A stretch of DNA of 50,034 nucleotides, taken from NCBI GenBank assembly GCA_016180755.1, contig JACPAO010000072.1, forward strand, positions 1-50,034. The letters are read 5' to 3'. The notes beneath the pieces were generated by a model. It worked only from the letters and a program-made list of their open reading frames with translations. It searched no databases and was not told the origin of the DNA. Shown piece by piece: positions 46,381 to 50,034 of the stretch. The stretch comes from Methanobacteriota archaeon (lineage in GTDB: Archaea > Thermoplasmatota > E2 > JACPAO01). Every line of letters starts with the position of its first letter. The first letter of the stretch is position 1. The position numbers were made by a program, and so were the translations under genes.

Positions 46381-47666
46381 GTGCGCGGCGCGTTCTCGAC
46401 GGTGAAGTTGCCCACGAGCCGGAAGTGCACCTTCACCGGGTTCGGGCTCGCGTTCTCCCACATGAGGGACACGCCGTCGGTGCGCGTCTCGTTGTGGGAC
46501 CAGTGGCCCGAGTAGGATTTCCACTCGCCCTTCACGGGGTAGACGACCTCGCTCCCGAAGTGGAGGTGGATGTTGAAGGAGACCGCGCTGCCCGAGTCGA
46601 CGACCTCCCACGAGTACGCGAAGCCTTCCCCGAGCTTCATCTTGAGGTCAATCTCGCTAAACGGGTTGCGCGTCGCCGTCGCGCCCTTCCCGGCGATCAC
46701 CGTCGTCTGCTCGAAGATGCCTGCGGCCTCGCCGTACGCGACGCGCGTCGTGAGCTGGTAGGGGATCTCGACCGGCGTCTCGCCCACCACGACGAACCGC
46801 CACGCGCCCTCCTTGAGCGACTCGGCGAGCTTGAACTGGAGGCGCTGCGTGCCCGGCGTGCGCGTCCCCTGGACGTCCTGTCCCTCGGGGTTCTTCACCT
46901 CGAGCCGGAGCGCCGTGTTCTGCGTGTCCCAACGCAGGTCCGCCCACAGCTCGAACCCCATCGGCGGGACGTCGAGCGTGACGGTCTCCCGCGCCGGCGC
47001 GACAACGGTCCCGCCGATCGTGCCCGTCGTGTTGGCGTACCGGAAGAACGTGGCCGTCCCGTGCACGGCGTGGTCGTCGCCGCCCGTGTCGGTCTGGGCG
47101 CCGGTCCCGGCGGGCGGCACGAACGAGTTCGCGGCCGCGGCGCCGAGGATCGAGGCGAGGAGGATGGTGCCGAAGGACCCGATGGCCAAGAGCTGGATCC
47201 GCCGTGTCTCCGGGAAAAGCGTCTTCGGCGCGTCGTCGGCGATGGAGAGGACGTGCGTCCGGAACGTGAGGAAGACCGCGAGGCCGACGCCGAGGACGAG
47301 GAAGAGGTGCTTCACGAAGAGGAGCTGCACCCACGTGTTCGTGCCGAGCTCGTCGATGCGCGGGTGGTCCGACTGGTAGAGCCGCATGAGTCCGCCCATC
47401 CCGTTGAACGCGATGCCGAGGAGGTTGAGGCCGTGGGCGATGGGAAGGACCTTGAGGCTCGGGGCGTGGCTCGCCTTCTTGGCGGCGTCGAGGAGCCGCG
47501 CCTGGTAGACGTAGAGGATGATGCCGGCCGTGAAGAGGAGCGCGCCGGTCGTGTGGAGGAAGCTCGCGAGTACGACACCCGGGTCCGAGTCGATGAACTT
47601 CTGCGCGAGGTTGGCGTCGGGGTCCGAGGCGCCGCCGTGATGCATCGGGAGGAATGGGCCCAGCAT
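46377..47666 (-). CDS. Four-TM CopD-like membrane domain fused to two beta-sandwich domains
   Basis: TM-embedded His (FLHTTG, AHGL, VKHL), DDHAVH linker, FNIHLH..LMWEN terminal domain. Confidence 0.65.
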   Translation of the reverse strand: MLGPFLPMHHGGASDPDANLAQKFIDSDPGVVLASFLHTTGALLFTAGIILYVYQARLLDAAKKASHAPSLKVLPIAHGLNLLGIAFNGMGGLMRLYQSDHPRIDELGTNTWVQLLFVKHLFLVLGVGLAVFLTFRTHVLSIADDAPKTLFPETRRIQLLAIGSFGTILLASILGAAAANSFVPPAGTGAQTDTGGDDHAVHGTATFFRYANTTGTIGGTVVAPARETVTLDVPPMGFELWADLRWDTQNTALRLEVKNPEGQDVQGTRTPGTQRLQFKLAESLKEGAWRFVVVGETPVEIPYQLTTRVAYGEAAGIFEQTTVIAGKGATATRNPFSEIDLKMKLGEGFAYSWEVVDSGSAVSFNIHLHFGSEVVYPVKGEWKSYSGHWSHNETRTDGVSLMWENASPNPVKVHFRLVGNFTVENAPRT

Positions 47667-47713
47667 CGCTCGCCGATGTGCGGGGGCGGTTCAAATAGTT
47701 TGGCGGTTCGGGG

Positions 47714-48877
47714 TCAGAAGAGCGAGGCGACGCCCGTCGTTCCGAGCCCGAGTAGCGTGATGCGCGTGACCGTGCCGAGCATCACGGCCGGCCAGACGTG
47801 CATCCGCGGCATGCCGATGAAACGCCCGATGAGGACGGCCGGGATGATGCCGGTGCCGGCGATGGGAAGGAACACGAAGGTCGCGACCCCCACGAACTGG
47901 GCCTTGAGCATCCAAGGGCGCTTCTGCATGAAGGCGAGCCCGCGGGCCTGGGCGCGGGCGAGCTTCGTGCCGAGCCACGGAAGCGCGTACAGGTAGTCGA
48001 GGTTCAGGATCATGAAGAGCGACAGCCAGAAGTCGAGGTACGTCACGACGAGCACCACCTGCCACCAGTGGAGGTGAAAGACGCTCACGCAGACCGGCAC
48101 CGCCAGTTCGATCCCGAAGGGGAAGAAGTACCCCGCGATGCACGACAGCGTCCCCGTGTAGAGCTCGGGCCAAAGGAGCGGGTAGACGACGAAGAACGCC
48201 GCGACCGGTGCGAGCGGCCCGAAGACGCGAAGGAGCCCCCAGTAGACGGCCCAGCGCGTCGGCTGCTCCGCCCCGGCCCCGACGAGCCGCAGGCGGAACA
48301 GGCGGTCCATCGTGTCCGAGGTCCGGAAGGCTGCGAGTAGGAACTGAAAGAGGGGGAGCCGCTCCTTGACGGGAAGCCGCGCCTCGTGCTCGAAGATCCG
48401 CACGAGCGCGACGGACACGAACCCGACGGGGACGCCGAGCGCGGCGCCGACCAAGACGTCGTAGGGTTGGTGGGCGCCCACGTACACGCGCGAGACAGCC
48501 GTCAAGGCGGCGAACGCGACGCCGAGGATGCGCGGCCATCGCCCCAGGCCCCAAAGCGCGACGGTGGCCGCGGAGGCGCGTAGCGCGTGGCCGCTCGGCA
48601 TCGCGTAGGAGTCGCCCGCGAAGAGGAGCATGCGCACGTCGTCGGGCCGCGGCCGCTCGATGGCGGCCTTGAGGCCTTCGCTCACGATCTCCGCGAGGGC
48701 AAGCGCGACCCAGAACGCCGCGGCCTCCCATTTCCGCCCCTTGGACCAAAGGAGGAGCCCGAGGAACGCCATGGGCACGATGTACCCGATGATGCTCACG
48801 AGGACCAGGAATGGGTCGAGGGCCGGGTTCGCGAGGTCCCGGTTGATGAACCGTAGGAGTTCCGCTTCGAGGCCCAC
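47714..48877 (-). CDS. PAP2 phosphatase fused to a small-multidrug-export-like membrane domain
   Basis: KAAIERPRP, PSGH, SRVYVGAH motifs; C-terminal half with PFGIE and FVFLPIAGTG. Confidence 0.85.
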   Translation of the reverse strand: MGLEAELLRFINRDLANPALDPFLVLVSIIGYIVPMAFLGLLLWSKGRKWEAAAFWVALALAEIVSEGLKAAIERPRPDDVRMLLFAGDSYAMPSGHALRASAATVALWGLGRWPRILGVAFAALTAVSRVYVGAHQPYDVLVGAALGVPVGFVSVALVRIFEHEARLPVKERLPLFQFLLAAFRTSDTMDRLFRLRLVGAGAEQPTRWAVYWGLLRVFGPLAPVAAFFVVYPLLWPELYTGTLSCIAGYFFPFGIELAVPVCVSVFHLHWWQVVLVVTYLDFWLSLFMILNLDYLYALPWLGTKLARAQARGLAFMQKRPWMLKAQFVGVATFVFLPIAGTGIIPAVLIGRFIGMPRMHVWPAVMLGTVTRITLLGLGTTGVASLF

Positions 48878-48886
48878 GTGATCCTC

Positions 48887-49801
48887 CTACCCGACGGCCC
48901 GGAACTTCGCGCCGTACCGCCACGCGCCGTCCTGCGCGTAGAGGCGCCGGAAGACCGGCTCCATGGCGGCGCCGACCTTGAGCGTCTTGAGGTCGCTGTC
49001 CACGAGCATCCCGGCGATCCGGATGCCGTGCTCGTAATCGACGACGGCGACGCCGTACTCCCCCCACACGTCCTGCCAGGGGTCGAACTCGCTTGGGCCG
49101 GCGCCCGCGGCGACGACGGTCCACGTGTGGAGTCTCCCGGGCTTCCAGAGCGATTCCGGCCGAGTGTGGCCGCCGCACGTCGGGCACGGGTTGAGCGGGG
49201 GATGGTGGCCCTTCTTGCAGCGGTCGCACACGCTTGCGAGCAGGCGGTACCGCGCCTCGAGCGACGCGTCCCACGTGGCGCGTGGCACGTTCGCCCCCAT
49301 CGGGACGGTGACGAGCGCTTTGGCCTCGGCGCGCACGAGTTTCTGGAAGAGGTCAGGCGTCAACGCGACCGCACCGATCAAGCGGCCCGTCTCGAAGGGC
49401 CGCCCCGGCGCGCCGACGAAACCGTCGTCCACGTCGAGGCGCGCCGTCGCCTCGGTCGGCCCCGCCGCGGCCGCATCCCCGACCCTTGCGCCCGCCGACG
49501 ACAACGCGAGCTGCACCCCCGTCACGGCGGAGGGTGCGGCTGGGGCGGTCCGCACGTCGAGCGTCGCGTGCCGCAGCCCAAGGGCGACCTGCGCGACGGG
49601 CCCCCACTCGGACGCCCGGTCCCCGACCGCGACGACGGCCGTCACCCGCTCGGGACCCACGTGGGCCATCGCCAACGCGTCGCGCCCCGCTTCGACCGCG
49701 AGCGTGGCCGCGTCCTCGTCGAGGTTGCACGTGGGCGTGAAGGCGTCGCCCGCCCGGCGCGCGAGGGTCGCAGACGTCGTGCACTGGGCGACCGTCCTCA
49801 T
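48887..49801 (-). CDS. Degenerate HMG-CoA-synthase-like N-terminus fused to DUF35 (Zn ribbon + OB fold)
   Basis: DEDAATLAVEAG; CDRC..HPP..CPTC; G.LHTWTVV..P.EF; VFRRLY. Confidence 0.85.
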   Translation of the reverse strand: MRTVAQCTTSATLARRAGDAFTPTCNLDEDAATLAVEAGRDALAMAHVGPERVTAVVAVGDRASEWGPVAQVALGLRHATLDVRTAPAAPSAVTGVQLALSSAGARVGDAAAAGPTEATARLDVDDGFVGAPGRPFETGRLIGAVALTPDLFQKLVRAEAKALVTVPMGANVPRATWDASLEARYRLLASVCDRCKKGHHPPLNPCPTCGGHTRPESLWKPGRLHTWTVVAAGAGPSEFDPWQDVWGEYGVAVVDYEHGIRIAGMLVDSDLKTLKVGAAMEPVFRRLYAQDGAWRYGAKFRAVG

Positions 49802-49802
49802 C

Positions 49803-50034
49803 TTACACCCCCAGCACGTGGACGGCGCAGGAGGCCCCGCTGCCGCCGACGTTGTGGCAGAGGCCCACGTTCGCACCTTCGACCTGCCTGCTCCCCGCCG
49901 AACGGCGAAGCTGATGGAACATCTCGTAAGCCTGCGCGGCACCCGTCGCCCCAAGGGGGTGGCCTTTGGACTTGAGGCCTCCGGAAGGATTGATCGGCGT
50001 CTTCCCGTCACGCGCCGTCGCGCCGCTCGCCGCG
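49803..50034 (-). CDS. Thiolase (acetyl-CoA acetyltransferase), 3' end only
   Basis: Manual translation: [39 protein letters not shown]. Confidence 0.93.
   Translation of the reverse strand, partial: AASGATARDGKTPINPSGGLKSKGHPLGATGAAQAYEMFHQLRRSAGSRQVEGANVGLCHNVGGSGASCAVHVLGV

Noticed and set aside
1..50034. CRISPR array, cas genes, rRNA or DGR reverse transcriptase
   Set aside because: No regularly spaced repeats, rRNA-like tracts or RT motifs seen; the DinG-like gene has no cas neighbours in the window, so type IV CRISPR is unsupported

Overview
High-GC archaeal chromosome segment, most likely Thermoplasmatota. Support: archaeal-type ProRS, DUF6015- and DUF2240-like genes, thiolase plus DUF35, tRNAs without encoded CCA, and TATA-like boxes ~25-35 nt before apparently leaderless starts. 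All family assignments come from motifs recognised by eye, not from database searches. Bases 1-6697 are the right arm of a lower-GC integrated element ending in a 3' fragment of tRNA-Leu(CAG). The element carries a tyrosine integrase, an AbrB regulator, a coupled 2TM + FlgT-C-like gene pair, and a very divergent XPD/DinG-like Fe-S helicase-fold protein with a C-terminal winged helix, followed by a 16-bp hairpin. The rest is core genes (thiI-like, panE, glmM, NDP-sugar transferase, Xaa-Pro peptidase, proS, trmJ-like, asparaginase II, two chrA, thiolase) mixed with many secreted or lipid-anchored proteins. These include two paralogous surface-protein families, one gene with an internal lipoprotein signal, and several peptidases. 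There are two toxin-antitoxin pairs and an intact tRNA-Gly(GCC) whose upstream region and 5' end are duplicated 1.5 kb upstream, bracketing a multi-TM gene. Several genes show internal deletions or replacements that may be real or assembly artefacts. No CRISPR array or rRNA was seen.
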